Positions 8,449 to 18,509 of a stretch of 64,000 bases of DNA are shown here, piece by piece (position 1 is the first letter of the stretch; each line of letters starts with the position of its first letter). The notes below the pieces were generated by a model. The model was not told the origin of the DNA. It saw nothing but the letters and a program-made list of their open reading frames with translations, and searched no databases. Source of the stretch: Maioricimonas rarisocia (GTDB taxonomy: Bacteria; Planctomycetota; Planctomycetia; Planctomycetales; Planctomycetaceae). A program made the position numbers and the translations under genes. Location: contig NZ_CP036275.1 of the NCBI RefSeq assembly GCF_007747795.1, forward strand, positions 2,650,853-2,714,852, in the 5' to 3' direction.

Positions 8449-8991
8449 CTATTCCTCGCAGCCGGTCGCAGCGGCGGGTCTTTCAACCGGTGGACCGATG
8501 AGGACGGCCACGTACGGCATTCCCTGTTCCGACTTCATTCTTTCGACTGCTGCGATGGCGCGGCTGCCCGGTTCATCCTTCAGCAGAACAGTCACGTCAG
8601 CACCTCCCGGGCTCCACCCGATGAGGAGCACCTTGATTCGGCCCTCGGCCCGGTCAGGAATATCTGCGCCCACGGGACAATACACCACACCGTCCAGGTT
8701 CGCACCATCCCACACGTCCGTTGCTCCAAAGGGGGAAAGATCCAGAGGCACCCATCCGGTCACGGCGGTGAACCTGGTCTGCCCGCGTTCTTTGAGGTCC
8801 CCGGCAATCCAGGACTCGACAACGGGACGATCCTTCTCGCGATCCGCCGGGGCAGTGGGCATGATGATCTTGACGTACACCGGATTGAATTCTGTCCGGC
8901 CAGCTTTCTTCGGTGTCGGCTCTTCAGCTTCCACGACGCCGGGAACCAGAACGAGCGTGCTGACGATCAGGGCCAGTAAGTTCCGAATCAC
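8449..8991 (-). CDS. Hypothetical secreted protein
   Basis: 180-aa ORF with signal peptide MIRNLLALIVSTLVLVPGVVEA. No recognised domain. Plus-strand ORFs 8332..8979 and 8342..9010 are shadows. Confidence 0.6.
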   Translation of the reverse strand: MIRNLLALIVSTLVLVPGVVEAEEPTPKKAGRTEFNPVYVKIIMPTAPADREKDRPVVESWIAGDLKERGQTRFTAVTGWVPLDLSPFGATDVWDGANLDGVVYCPVGADIPDRAEGRIKVLLIGWSPGGADVTVLLKDEPGSRAIAAVERMKSEQGMPYVAVLIGPPVERPAAATGCEE

Positions 8992-9317
8992 AACGCGCCT
9001 CCTTGTGTGATGCTTTCTGTAAGCGAACCTGTTCTTCTCTCAGAAATCCGAATTGAGAGTACTGCGTGCGGCAAGTGCAATCAAACTTCTCCGTATAAGA
9101 GAGATGCGCCGGTGGGCCACGGGCGGCTCGTCCGCCAGTACAAGCAACGTGCGTCATGATCCCAGTCATGACCCGGAAATCCGGCAGTGCCTGACGATGG
9201 CTGACGAACCGCACCGGCAGCCGTTCGGAGTCGCACGGCGGAGCTCCCCGGGCACTTACCGGCCGACGCCGTAGCCCGGATCATCATGGGGACCAGCCCG
9301 GAACGGCAGGCACTCTG

Positions 9318-9372
9318 TCGTGCACCGCTGTCACGCGATTCACACTGCTGGACAAGCCAGCCGTGGCACTCG
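9318..9372. repeat. Hairpin repeat family C copy 2
   Basis: TGTCGTGCACCGCTGTCACGCGATTCACACTGCTGGACAAGCCAGCCGTGGCAC matches 5527..5585. Confidence 0.5.
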
Positions 9373-9716
9373 GGGCCGGCGTCTCTTACCGCGACTTACT
9401 TCAAAGCGACCGTGAGATTCGCCGCGGTGTGAGCCTGCCGGTGAAGGTGAGGATGTTCAACGGGCTGCTAGATGCGCTCCGGCGGCTGATCTCCTGCTGG
9501 CCACTCGATGCCGACGCATGCCGGCGTGGGGCCAGATTTTCTTCGCAAATCTGCTCAGAATCTGTCCGACTCTGTCCTGGACCGCAATGACCCTTTTTGG
9601 CGGGAGCCCTGCCGTCCTTCAGCAGGCGGAGGCCGTTCAGCAGGGGGGGGCTGAAGCAATGCTGCCGCAGACACTTGTGTCACTTTCGCCTCAGCAGACT
9701 CCTTGAAGGAGGATCG

Positions 9717-11933
9717 ATGGCGATCTCCTGCAAACAGTTCGTCAAGCATCTCACCCGCAGCGGTGTGGTGTCGCCCGATGAAGTCGATGCGTTCCTGGAG
9801 ACTCTCCCCAAGCCGCCCGCCGACGGTCAAGCGGTGGCGAAAGCTTTTATCAAGGCCCGGCGGCTGACGCAGTTTCAGGCCCAGCGGATCTATCAGGGGA
9901 AGTACCAGGGGCTGCGGCTGGGGGAGTACGTGATTCTCGACACGATCGGGGCCGGCGGGATGGGGCAGGTCTACCTGGCTGAGCACCGCCGGATGGGACG
10001 CCGGGTGGCTCTCAAGACGCTGCCGGCCGCCCTTGCCAGGGACGAGGCAACCGTCCGCCGGTTCCACCGCGAGGTGCGGGCTGCGGCCAGGCTCTCGCAT
10101 CCCAACATCGTCACAGCCTTCGACGCCGGTGAGGACAAGGGGATCCACTACTTTGTGATGGAGCATGTCGATGGCACGGACATGTCCCGCCTGGTGCGGG
10201 AGACTGGCAAGCTCGCGATCACCGACGGCATCGAGTTCACACTGCAGGCGGCCCGCGGGCTGGCGTATGCGCACAAGCAGGGGATCGTCCATCGGGACAT
10301 CAAGCCCTCCAACCTGCTGATCGACAAGCAGCGGACGGTTAAGGTCCTCGACATGGGACTGGCCCGAATCGAGACCGAGCAAGAGGGCGTCACGGGCGTC
10401 GAACTGACGCAGACCGGCACCGTGATGGGAACGGTCGACTACATGGCCCCCGAGCAGGCCCTCGATACCAAGCATGCTGACGCCCGCAGCGACATCTACA
10501 GCCTCGGCTGCAGTCTCTACTTTCTGCTCACCGGCCAGACAGTCTTCGGCGGCGACACGGTGGTCAAGAAGATTCTCGCCCACCGGGACGCACCGATCCC
10601 CTCACTGTGCGAGTTAAGGCCCGCACTACCGACGGCGGCTGGCGAGGTGTTCGAGCGGATGCTGGCCAAGAGTCCGGATGACCGCTACCAGTCGATGGAG
10701 GAGGTGATTACAGCACTCGAGACCTGCGGCGTCCTCGAACCCTCGACGGTTGGCCCCACGGCGGTCACCAACGAGCCGGGCTACGATCAGTTCCTGCAGA
10801 ACCTGGACGTCGTCCAGACACCGACGACGATCCTGCCGGCAGACAGAAAGAAGCAAGAACGCTCCGGTGAGCAGGAGACGATCCGCTCCGGCGTCCTGGA
10901 CGAAACCCTCGTCGGCGGCATCGGCGAGAAGCAACGGCTCTCCCGCAAATCACCGCAGCAGCCCCCCTGGTGGAACAACCGCTGGCTAATGGCCGGCGGC
11001 GCGGCCGCCCTGCTGCTGCTCGCCGGGGTAATTATCACCCTCACCCGCTCCGACGGCACCGAAACAACGGTCGACGTTCCGGACGGCTCCGCGGTGACGA
11101 TCGACGACGCAGGGAACATCGATGTCACCCTGCCCGATCGTGCGGGGGCCCCTGCTGGCTCGCCAAGCAGTCCCGGAGCCGACTCACCAACAGGAAATCA
11201 CGCCCTCTCGTTTGACGGCGAAGATGACTACGTCGAAGTTCCGAGCCTGACCTTCGGAGGCGATACTCCTTTGACCATGGAGCTTCGCCTCAAGGGGATT
11301 CCGAGTGGACAGAATGGGCTCAACGCGGTCGGTGTCCTCGGTTGGGTCGGGCGACTGCTCATCGTGTGCAACGAGAATTCTCGAAACGCGACGTTTAACG
11401 TCTTCGCATGGAGCCCCGATTCGCCGAATCCACAGCGTGTCCGGATCCGCAAACTGGAGCAGCCGCCTCAACACGTTGCGGCTGTCTACGATCAGCAGTC
11501 GGTTCGATTCTTCATCGATGGAAGAGAACACGGACAACCGATCCCACTGACCGAGTTTCGCGATGGTCGCCACGGACCTGAGAAACGACGCAGTTCGGAG
11601 TTGCCATTGTTGATTGGAAAAGAAGTGAGCGACCCGAATGGCAGCTTCTTCACAGGTCTCATCGATGAAGTCCGCATTTCCCGCGTCGCTCGCTACACGG
11701 AGGACTTCAGGCCGCAGACTCGGTTCGAGCCGGATGAGCACACGTTGGCCCTTTACCACTTCGACGAAGCCGAAGGCAACATTCTCCAGGATGCTTCCGG
11801 CAACAACCACCACGGTACGATCCACGGCGCGACATGGGGTCGCGTCGATGACCAACTGAACCTTATCGACGAATCGGCTGCGCCGGGTGCGGTTGGCGAG
11901 CAACAGCGGGTACCCGATTCCTCAAGCCGTTGA
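9717..11933 (+). CDS. Serine/threonine protein kinase with C-terminal concanavalin A-like lectin/LamG-type domain
   Basis: ATG at 9717 preceded by GAAGGAGG RBS. Hanks kinase motifs GAGGMGQVY, VALK, HRDIKPSNLL, DMGLA, GTVDYMAPE. TM segment after the kinase domain. C-terminal LIDEVRISRVARYTEDF (LamG/Laminin_G_3-like). Last ~18 codons (AAPGAVGEQQRVPDSSSR) are encoded by a REP copy. Confidence 0.9.
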   Translation: MAISCKQFVKHLTRSGVVSPDEVDAFLETLPKPPADGQAVAKAFIKARRLTQFQAQRIYQGKYQGLRLGEYVILDTIGAGGMGQVYLAEHRRMGRRVALKTLPAALARDEATVRRFHREVRAAARLSHPNIVTAFDAGEDKGIHYFVMEHVDGTDMSRLVRETGKLAITDGIEFTLQAARGLAYAHKQGIVHRDIKPSNLLIDKQRTVKVLDMGLARIETEQEGVTGVELTQTGTVMGTVDYMAPEQALDTKHADARSDIYSLGCSLYFLLTGQTVFGGDTVVKKILAHRDAPIPSLCELRPALPTAAGEVFERMLAKSPDDRYQSMEEVITALETCGVLEPSTVGPTAVTNEPGYDQFLQNLDVVQTPTTILPADRKKQERSGEQETIRSGVLDETLVGGIGEKQRLSRKSPQQPPWWNNRWLMAGGAAALLLLAGVIITLTRSDGTETTVDVPDGSAVTIDDAGNIDVTLPDRAGAPAGSPSSPGADSPTGNHALSFDGEDDYVEVPSLTFGGDTPLTMELRLKGIPSGQNGLNAVGVLGWVGRLLIVCNENSRNATFNVFAWSPDSPNPQRVRIRKLEQPPQHVAAVYDQQSVRFFIDGREHGQPIPLTEFRDGRHGPEKRRSSELPLLIGKEVSDPNGSFFTGLIDEVRISRVARYTEDFRPQTRFEPDEHTLALYHFDEAEGNILQDASGNNHHGTIHGATWGRVDDQLNLIDESAAPGAVGEQQRVPDSSSR

Positions 11934-11990
11934 AACCACGCCCTTCACGTCGCTGCGCTCCGCTCCAGGGCATGCCACCCGAGTCTGTTT
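11862..11990. repeat. REP modules (GCTGCGCCGGGTGCGGTTGGCGAGCAACAGCGGGTACCCGATTCCTCAAGCC + CACGCCCTTCACGTCGCTGCGCTCCGCTCCAGGGCATGCCACC)
   Basis: Same two modules found at 22915-23035 and 34628-34850. Overlaps the stop of the kinase gene. Confidence 0.6.
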
Positions 11991-12183
11991 TCATGGGAGA
12001 CACGGAGGGAAGCCAGTGCCGGTGTGGCACGGGCCCTGCCCGCGGAGTCGCTTGCCCTTCGTGCTGGTATCCCTGTGGAGCGGCTCGCCCGTTGAACTTC
12101 GTGGCAGGATTGCCTGCCGCATCGCTTCGAAACGCAGGCGTCCTCATCCAATGCCGTCAGGCAGGGCCCGAACACCGGCAGGC

Positions 12184-13047
12184 TCAGCGGACTCTGACGG
12201 CCGAGCCCACGACGCCCAGGTAATCGACGAAGATGAAGTCGCGATCCGAGATTGATCGAATCGTGAACTCGAACGTCTTTCCCACTCGAAGCGGATCCGT
12301 CGCTGAATTGACAGAGAACGCCACCACGCCCCGCTGGACTTTCCACCGGCCGCTCGAGACGGGAGTCTGTACGAAGACCTTTTGGAACAGACGAAGCTCC
12401 TGCACTTCGCGCACGGTTGTGAATGTTCCATCGGCACTGAAAGTGATGAACAGCGCGCCGATGTTGTCCTTGTGCCGCCAGGTGCCAAGCAGCTGTCGTT
12501 TGACTTCGTCGTCAGTCAGTAGCCGGGCCGCCGGGGTGCTGGGGGCAGCGGTGACTTTCGACTCCTGTTCACTGGTTCTGCCGTCCCCTCTGGCGGCCGC
12601 TTTGGACCGTTTCAGGACCATCAACATCCGGTGGGAGCCTTCGGCTGCAGAGAATTCGTCCGGCCGATCTCCTTTCTCGGGGTCTTCAATGCAGATGATC
12701 AACCGCTCCTCGTCAAACCGGTAGATCCCGACGCCGGCCGTCCTGTCCTTTGTGCTGACGTCGATGGCCTTGGGGTACTGCGTCGGATCGACCGAGAAAA
12801 CCTTGACGTGCTTCTTCTGGTCGTGCGGGCTGGTGAAAATGATGGCATTCTCGACGATCTCGGCACGTCCTCCCGAGGGGAGCCATTCCCGGATCGCCTC
12901 CCTCGGAATGACCTTTCCGTCTTCGACGAGGTCGGTGACCTCCCAGTGGCCCTGAAAGCGTTGCAGTTCGGGGCTCTGTTCCTGCGCCATAGCGGGAACA
13001 CCGGCGAATGACAGCAGCGCAGCAACGACCGCGAGACGCAGAGACAT
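12184..13047 (-). CDS. TIGR03067-family (planctomycete-specific) secreted protein, two-domain
   Basis: Start at 13047 gives signal MSLRLAVVAALLSFAGVPAMA. Then QGHWEVTDLVEDGKVIPREA...IYRFDEERLIICIEDPEKGDRPDEF, the characteristic TIGR03067 pattern. Second similar lipocalin-like half LLGTWRHKDNIGALFITFSADGTF. Confidence 0.75.
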   Translation of the reverse strand: MSLRLAVVAALLSFAGVPAMAQEQSPELQRFQGHWEVTDLVEDGKVIPREAIREWLPSGGRAEIVENAIIFTSPHDQKKHVKVFSVDPTQYPKAIDVSTKDRTAGVGIYRFDEERLIICIEDPEKGDRPDEFSAAEGSHRMLMVLKRSKAAARGDGRTSEQESKVTAAPSTPAARLLTDDEVKRQLLGTWRHKDNIGALFITFSADGTFTTVREVQELRLFQKVFVQTPVSSGRWKVQRGVVAFSVNSATDPLRVGKTFEFTIRSISDRDFIFVDYLGVVGSAVRVR

Positions 13048-13349
13048 GAAGATTCCTTTCTGCGAGAATCCTGGTTCGGGCCCGTTCACGATCGCAGGGA
13101 CAAGTCAGCGAGCATCCCCGACTCAGAGCAATGCGCCCGCTGATTCAGATCGCTGAAGGCCGTGACTGAGGCAGATTCTGGCAGACAGCAACTGGCCACG
13201 CAACCCGGACCGCGGCGGCCGAGAGCGCACACGACGAAGTGCTGGTGCTTTTCAGGTGTGGCGTGATCGCACGTGCAGGCGACATGCGCGTGCATGCGGG
13301 CCGCGCCGGTCAGACGGGCGCCGACGCGGCGTACCGGCAGCGTGTGGCG

Positions 13350-14363
13350 TTACGAAGGTCTGACGAACCAGTCCGGAGGAGAGTTGCCCCACAGCGGCCC
13401 CAGCGGGCCCTTTTCACTCACATCAATCGGATCTCCGGAACACAGATCGTCCCCGGGGGCACGCGGATAGTGTTCTTCCAGATACTTGAAGTCCGAATTC
13501 AGCGGTTTCAGCGTCCGCAACCCGACAAACTCTGCTGCGACCTTCGCTGACTGGGCGACCTGTTGCGGTGCGTCGCTCACGTACCCGGTCGTCGGTCGCC
13601 TGACATCGGCGGCCGCTGACAGCGCCTGCCGGACCGCATCGCACGCACACCTGGCCGCCATGTTGCCCCCCTGCGCTGCGGCATCGCGACACTCGAGAAG
13701 CCGCTGCCAGGCACCACCCTTCTCGTATGGATCCTTCTTCAGATCCTCGGGCTGCACCGGTCTGCCTGCCGTGAAGTCTTCCATCTTCGCGACGAGTGCT
13801 GCGAGCCACTGTCGGTCGCCGGCGGGAATTGCCTCACACCGTTCGAAGAGGGGCTGCACCCGCATCGTGCAGCGGACCGCGAACGCCAGCCCGGCCCGGT
13901 TGGTCATCTTCTTGAGGCGACCATACAATCCCGTCACGCGGAAGGACTGCTTTTTCGATTTCGGCTTCGGTTTCGGCTCACGCCCCAGACGGCGGAGCAG
14001 ATCTTCGATGCCCGCCTCCCACGCGTCGTCGTCCCCCCACAATTCGGCCAGTTCGGAACTTCGAAGAATTCTTGCGACGGCGGCTCCCGCCTGCGTTCGC
14101 ATCGTCTTCGACGGCTTGAAGTCAGCCTGATCGAGCCACGCCGTCAGTTCCTCCGGCAGTTCTTCGGCCGGCCTGCCATCGAGAGCCGCGACGACCTCGG
14201 CGGCCGCCAGTGCTTCGCAGCACGCGTCGGCATCGTCGGCACCCGATTCGCGGAACTCCTCGAAGGTCTCGGTGATCCGCCCGCGAGATGGCTCCTCGAG
14301 AAATGCATCGAGCCAGTCTTCGCTGATGTCGTTGGCAAATGTCCCTGAGGCCCATGTTCCCAT
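13350..14363 (-). CDS. DUF4259 domain-containing protein
   Basis: Start MGTWASGTFANDISEDWLDAFLEE matches the DUF4259 N-terminus (MGTWGTG.F.ND.A.DWL). Confidence 0.65.
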   Translation of the reverse strand: MGTWASGTFANDISEDWLDAFLEEPSRGRITETFEEFRESGADDADACCEALAAAEVVAALDGRPAEELPEELTAWLDQADFKPSKTMRTQAGAAVARILRSSELAELWGDDDAWEAGIEDLLRRLGREPKPKPKSKKQSFRVTGLYGRLKKMTNRAGLAFAVRCTMRVQPLFERCEAIPAGDRQWLAALVAKMEDFTAGRPVQPEDLKKDPYEKGGAWQRLLECRDAAAQGGNMAARCACDAVRQALSAAADVRRPTTGYVSDAPQQVAQSAKVAAEFVGLRTLKPLNSDFKYLEEHYPRAPGDDLCSGDPIDVSEKGPLGPLWGNSPPDWFVRPS

Positions 14364-14680
14364 CGCACCCTCCGCATCGATGAGCTGTTGAGAAGGAACC
14401 GGTCGGGGAACCATTACACACGCATTGGTCGATGCGCGGCAAGTGTCGGGCCGATCCAGGGCGACACGCTCCGGGGGCCGTTGCTGGTCTTGTCCGGCCG
14501 TGCATCCTGTGAGGCCGCGCCTGCCGAGGAGTGGTCGATTCTGCCGAACTGCACTGCGTGAAACTGCGCAGGATGCGCGTCGTGCGAGGGTTCGCGGCGA
14601 TTCGGCGGATTCTCCGGGATCTGTGATCGATAATGACTACAGTGTTCTTCGCTGCCGCCGCATCGCTCAAAGGATTGAGT

Positions 14681-16093
14681 ATGGCTTGTCGAATACTCAT
14701 CGCTCTGTGCCTGCTGTGCGGCTTGGTGCCTTGTTCCAGATGTTGTGAGGCCCTCGACGCCGAGCGGCCTGTTCCCGGGGGCCCGCTCCGCTACAACGAA
14801 GACTGGTCGCTGCTCCGCAATCCCGAGAATCGCCAGGGGGAGTGGTGGGAACGATTCAAGTACATTCCAGTCGACGATTCAGCGGAAACATACCTGACCC
14901 TCGGAAACGAGGTACGCGCTCGGTACGAATGGCTGGGAGATCCGAACTGGGGCGAGCAGGAAACGGATAGCGGGGGCTACTTCTGGTTTCGCACGTTGCC
15001 TACCGCCGACCTGCATGTTGGTGATCACCTCAGACTGTTCGGGGAATTCATCGTCGCACCTTCAGCGGGCGTCGATCCCGAGCCGACCGGCCTGGATGAC
15101 GACGTCGCGGACGTCCTGCAGGCATTCGCGGAGATCCGCTGCAGTGACTCAACGATAATTCGCGGCGGGCGCCGTGTTCTGAACATCGGTTCAGGTCGCC
15201 TGGTGTCAACGCGATACGGGGTCAACACGCTGCAGGCCTTCGACATGGCGGAAGTGTTTCTGGGAGACGAGAAGGCATCGCTCTTTGTCCTCTACGGTCG
15301 TCCGGTCGACGCGGAGGTCGGCAGCTTCAACGATGACTGGAGTCGCGCGCGGCAGGGTTGGACCGTCTACTGGACACGAGACCTCGTCGACGCGGGCCTG
15401 GCGAGCCGCGGAACGTGGTTCCTCGACGTGTACTACATGGGATTCGAAAACACGCAGGCCGTCTATGACCAGGGAGTGGGGACGGAGCAACGGCAGACGG
15501 TCGCTGGCAGACTCCATGGCAATCGCGACCGGTGGAGGTGGGATCACGAACTGTTCGTACAGTTCGGACGTTTTGCCGATTCGGAGATCCGGGCGTGGTC
15601 GCTGGCGACACTGTTCGGATACACGTTCGAAGACCTTCCGCTCAGGCCCGAACTCTCGCTGCAGTTCAACACGATCAGCGGCGATCGGGATCAGAACGAC
15701 GGAGAGTTGAATACTTTCAATCCGTTGTTCCCGAAGCTGAAGTACTTCGGCGAGAGTGGCGTGCTCGCCCCGTACAACCTTTTCGACCTCCACCCGGGCG
15801 TCGCGTTTCAACTGTCAGACGATGTTCGTGTCAGCGGCTCTGTGCAGTGTCTCTGGCGGTATAGCACCGATGATGGAGTGTATGGTGCCGGAGGACGCCT
15901 CCTGCGCTCCGGACGCGACAGTGATGCCCGCTACGTGGCGACGCAGTACGAGATTGTTCTCGAGACCAGACTGACTGATAACTGGCGCTGCAATGCATTC
16001 TTTGCAATGCTTCCCGCCGGGCAGTTTGTTCGTGAAACGGGGGAGTCGTCGACCATCCACTTCGTGGGGGTCGAAAGCATTCTCGCCTACTGA
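14681..16093 (+). CDS. Alginate-export family outer-membrane beta-barrel protein
   Basis: Start MACRILIALCLLCGLVPC (signal). Glycine/aromatic-rich alternating pattern, RARYEW motif and C-terminal aromatic residue typical of the Alginate_exp (PF13372) family. Confidence 0.6.
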   Translation: MACRILIALCLLCGLVPCSRCCEALDAERPVPGGPLRYNEDWSLLRNPENRQGEWWERFKYIPVDDSAETYLTLGNEVRARYEWLGDPNWGEQETDSGGYFWFRTLPTADLHVGDHLRLFGEFIVAPSAGVDPEPTGLDDDVADVLQAFAEIRCSDSTIIRGGRRVLNIGSGRLVSTRYGVNTLQAFDMAEVFLGDEKASLFVLYGRPVDAEVGSFNDDWSRARQGWTVYWTRDLVDAGLASRGTWFLDVYYMGFENTQAVYDQGVGTEQRQTVAGRLHGNRDRWRWDHELFVQFGRFADSEIRAWSLATLFGYTFEDLPLRPELSLQFNTISGDRDQNDGELNTFNPLFPKLKYFGESGVLAPYNLFDLHPGVAFQLSDDVRVSGSVQCLWRYSTDDGVYGAGGRLLRSGRDSDARYVATQYEIVLETRLTDNWRCNAFFAMLPAGQFVRETGESSTIHFVGVESILAY

Positions 16094-16346
16094 GATTCTG
16101 CGGCGTTGCCCAGGTCGCTTCGATGGTGAGCAGTCTTGCTCACGACTGCTCGGATCGCGTCTCGATCCTGCGGCGCGACGGCAAGGTTTCAATCGCTGAT
16201 GGGGTGTGCGGTGCCGCGACGTGCAGGCGGGGTCATGTGTCGCGTCTACCGTCCGGGACCGTCCTTGCGTCGCTGTTGCGGGAGTTGTACAAGTCAGGGT
16301 ACGCAGAGCACATTTCATCCCGGATCAAGATGAAAGCACCCCCACA

Positions 16347-16721
16347 ATGTCCGTCGAACCGATTCACGATGAAGGACAGCAGCTGCCTGCCCCGACCGGC
16401 AAAGTGCTGGGAGTCGTCGACAGTCAGGAGGATTTGGATCGAGTCGCCGACGCGCTCAAGGCGGCGGGCTTCGAAAGCATCGTGTCACTCCACGGCCAGG
16501 AGGGACTGCAGCTGCTCGAACGCGTCGCGACATTCTTCTGGGGCGACTGCGAATCGGAAGTTCTGAAGCGGCATATTGACAACTTGAAACAGGGGCGATT
16601 CGTGATCGGAATCGAAACGCCCGCGAAACGGTCACAGGAAGCTGCCGCCATCGCATCCGAACAGGGCGCGCACTTCCTGGTTCACATGGGGCTTGCGACA
16701 GTCACATGGATGAAGGCGTGA
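16347..16721 (+). CDS. Hypothetical protein
   Basis: ATG at 16347 (MSVEPIHDEGQQ...). 124 aa, no recognised domain. Upstream part of the ORF-track entry is likely non-coding. Confidence 0.45.
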   Translation: MSVEPIHDEGQQLPAPTGKVLGVVDSQEDLDRVADALKAAGFESIVSLHGQEGLQLLERVATFFWGDCESEVLKRHIDNLKQGRFVIGIETPAKRSQEAAAIASEQGAHFLVHMGLATVTWMKA

Positions 16722-16837
16722 CCCGCCAGAATCCCACCATCACCGAGTCGGGGCTTGCGGCCCGCTGATGACATCGAAGCTGTTGTTGCGGGCCACGCGC
16801 GGAGTAACACCAACCAGAAACCTCGGGAGGGCTGCTG

Positions 16838-17482
16838 ATGGCCAGTGAACCGATTCGGGATCCGAGTAAGGATGACCTGCTGACGCCGGAGAATTCGGCG
16901 CTCATCATCATCGACTATCAACCGGTTCAGGTGAACTCGATTGCCTCGATGGACCGGCAACTGCTGGTCAACAACATTGTTGGCGTCGCAAAGATCGGGC
17001 TCGCCTACGGCCTGCCGATCGTTCATTCGACCGTCAACGTGAAGACGGGTTTGAATCAGCCTCCCATTGTCCAGCTTCGCCGCGTCCTGAAGGAAGTTCC
17101 GACATACGACCGGACGTCGATCAATTCGTGGGAAGATGTCGAGTTCGTCGAAGCGGTCAAGGAGACCGGCCGCAAGAAACTCATCATGACAGCGCTGTGG
17201 ACCGAGGCTTGCCTCACGTTCCCTGCACTGGACGCCATCAGGGAAGGTTATGAGGTGTACGTGGTCGTCGATGCCGTCGGAGGAACTTCCGAGGCAGCCC
17301 ACGAGGCGGCCCTGCGTCGGATCGAGCAGGCGGGTGGCAAGATGATCAGCTGGGCTCAGATGCTGTGCGAACTTCAGCGTGACTGGGCGCGCAAAGAAAC
17401 GGTCCCGGCGATGATGAATCTGTTCATCGAGATTGGAGGCACCGCCGGCCTTCAATTCGCAAGCGAACTTCTCGAAGACTAA
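16838..17482 (+). CDS. Isochorismatase-family cysteine hydrolase
   Basis: 214 aa: ALIIIDYQ...KKLIMTALWTEACLTFPALDA (catalytic Cys in the TEAC context) ... YEVYVVVDAVGG. Confidence 0.9.
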   Translation: MASEPIRDPSKDDLLTPENSALIIIDYQPVQVNSIASMDRQLLVNNIVGVAKIGLAYGLPIVHSTVNVKTGLNQPPIVQLRRVLKEVPTYDRTSINSWEDVEFVEAVKETGRKKLIMTALWTEACLTFPALDAIREGYEVYVVVDAVGGTSEAAHEAALRRIEQAGGKMISWAQMLCELQRDWARKETVPAMMNLFIEIGGTAGLQFASELLED

Positions 17483-17600
17483 GCCCGCACCATTGGACGC
17501 GCGTCAGCAGGCATACTGCTGGCGCGCGGTGTCGCCACTGCAAACGTTGCCATCACGGCGGCACCCCGCTCAGTTATCATCCGTCATCGGAGAGATTATC

Positions 17601-18176
17601 GTGGCCCGCATTCTCTTTCTCGCTGCCCTTGTGATCGTGCCCACGCTGAGTGGAGTCGGGCAGGCCCGCGGCGCTGAGGAGTATCAGATCGATCCGCAGC
17701 ACACGAGCGTGACGTTCAAGATTTCGCATCTGGGCATCGCCTGGGTGCATGGTCGTTTCAATGAGGTCGAAGGCAACGTCAAACTGGACACCGATGATCC
17801 ATCAAACTCGACTTTCGAAGTGAGGATCCCCGTCAGCAGTATCGACACGAAGGTCAAGAAGCGGGACGACCACTTGCGATCCGCCGACTTCTTCGATGTC
17901 AAGAAGTATCCCGAGCTCACCTTCAAAAGCACGAAAGTCCGGCGGAAAGAAAAGGGGCTGGAGGTGACTGGCGATGTCACTCTCCATGGCGTGACGAAGC
18001 CGTTGACATTCGACCTGACCGGCGGGGAGAAAGCAGAGTTCCCGGACGGTGTGCACCGCGTTGGCTACAGCACGTCCTTCGTGTTGAAGCGTAGCGACTT
18101 CGGGATGACGACGATGCTTGGCCCGGTCGGCGACGAAGTACATGCCGAAATCAGCTTTGAGGCGATCAGGAAGTGA
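17601..18176 (+). CDS. YceI-family periplasmic polyisoprenoid-binding protein
   Basis: GTG at 17601 after GGAGAG. Signal VARILFLAALVIVPTLSGVGQARG. YQIDPQHTSVTFKISHLGIAWVHGRF...VTLHGVTKPLTFDL, canonical YceI. Confidence 0.85.
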   Translation: MARILFLAALVIVPTLSGVGQARGAEEYQIDPQHTSVTFKISHLGIAWVHGRFNEVEGNVKLDTDDPSNSTFEVRIPVSSIDTKVKKRDDHLRSADFFDVKKYPELTFKSTKVRRKEKGLEVTGDVTLHGVTKPLTFDLTGGEKAEFPDGVHRVGYSTSFVLKRSDFGMTTMLGPVGDEVHAEISFEAIRK

Positions 18177-18394
18177 TCGCGCGGCTTCCTGCGGCTCGTT
18201 CTGCTCTGTAGTCTGGCTGTCGCCCCGGCCGGGTGGCTGAGGCAGCAGACCTGGTTTGCACGGCAATACACGACTTGCTGTGGCTGACGGCAGCCATGCC
18301 ATGACGACGTCGCGCCGGAGGTAATGCGTCACGGCCCCGGTCGCTGCGAATCGGTTCGTATGGCGACCGTTCAGGAACGAACCGGGAGAATGCC

Positions 18395-18460
18395 GGGACG
18401 AGTCCCAGCCAATGTGTACTCCGCTGCGCTCCGTTCCGGGCGTGCCCCGCCAATGCACCG
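18395..18460. repeat. Partial REP module (CTCCGCTGCGCTCCGTTCCGGGCGTGCCCCGCC)
   Basis: Matches the CACTCCGCTACGCTCCGTTCTGGGACGTGCCAC module of family A elements. Confidence 0.4.
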
Positions 18461-18509
18461 TGGCTTCGCTCGCGTGGCTCGCTCCAGCCACGGCCACCAG
18501 CCACCGTCG

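Noticed and set aside
9555-10583. Minus-strand ORF 9555..10583 (342 aa)
   Set aside because: Antisense to the Ser/Thr kinase, which has canonical Hanks motifs. High-GC shadow ORF.
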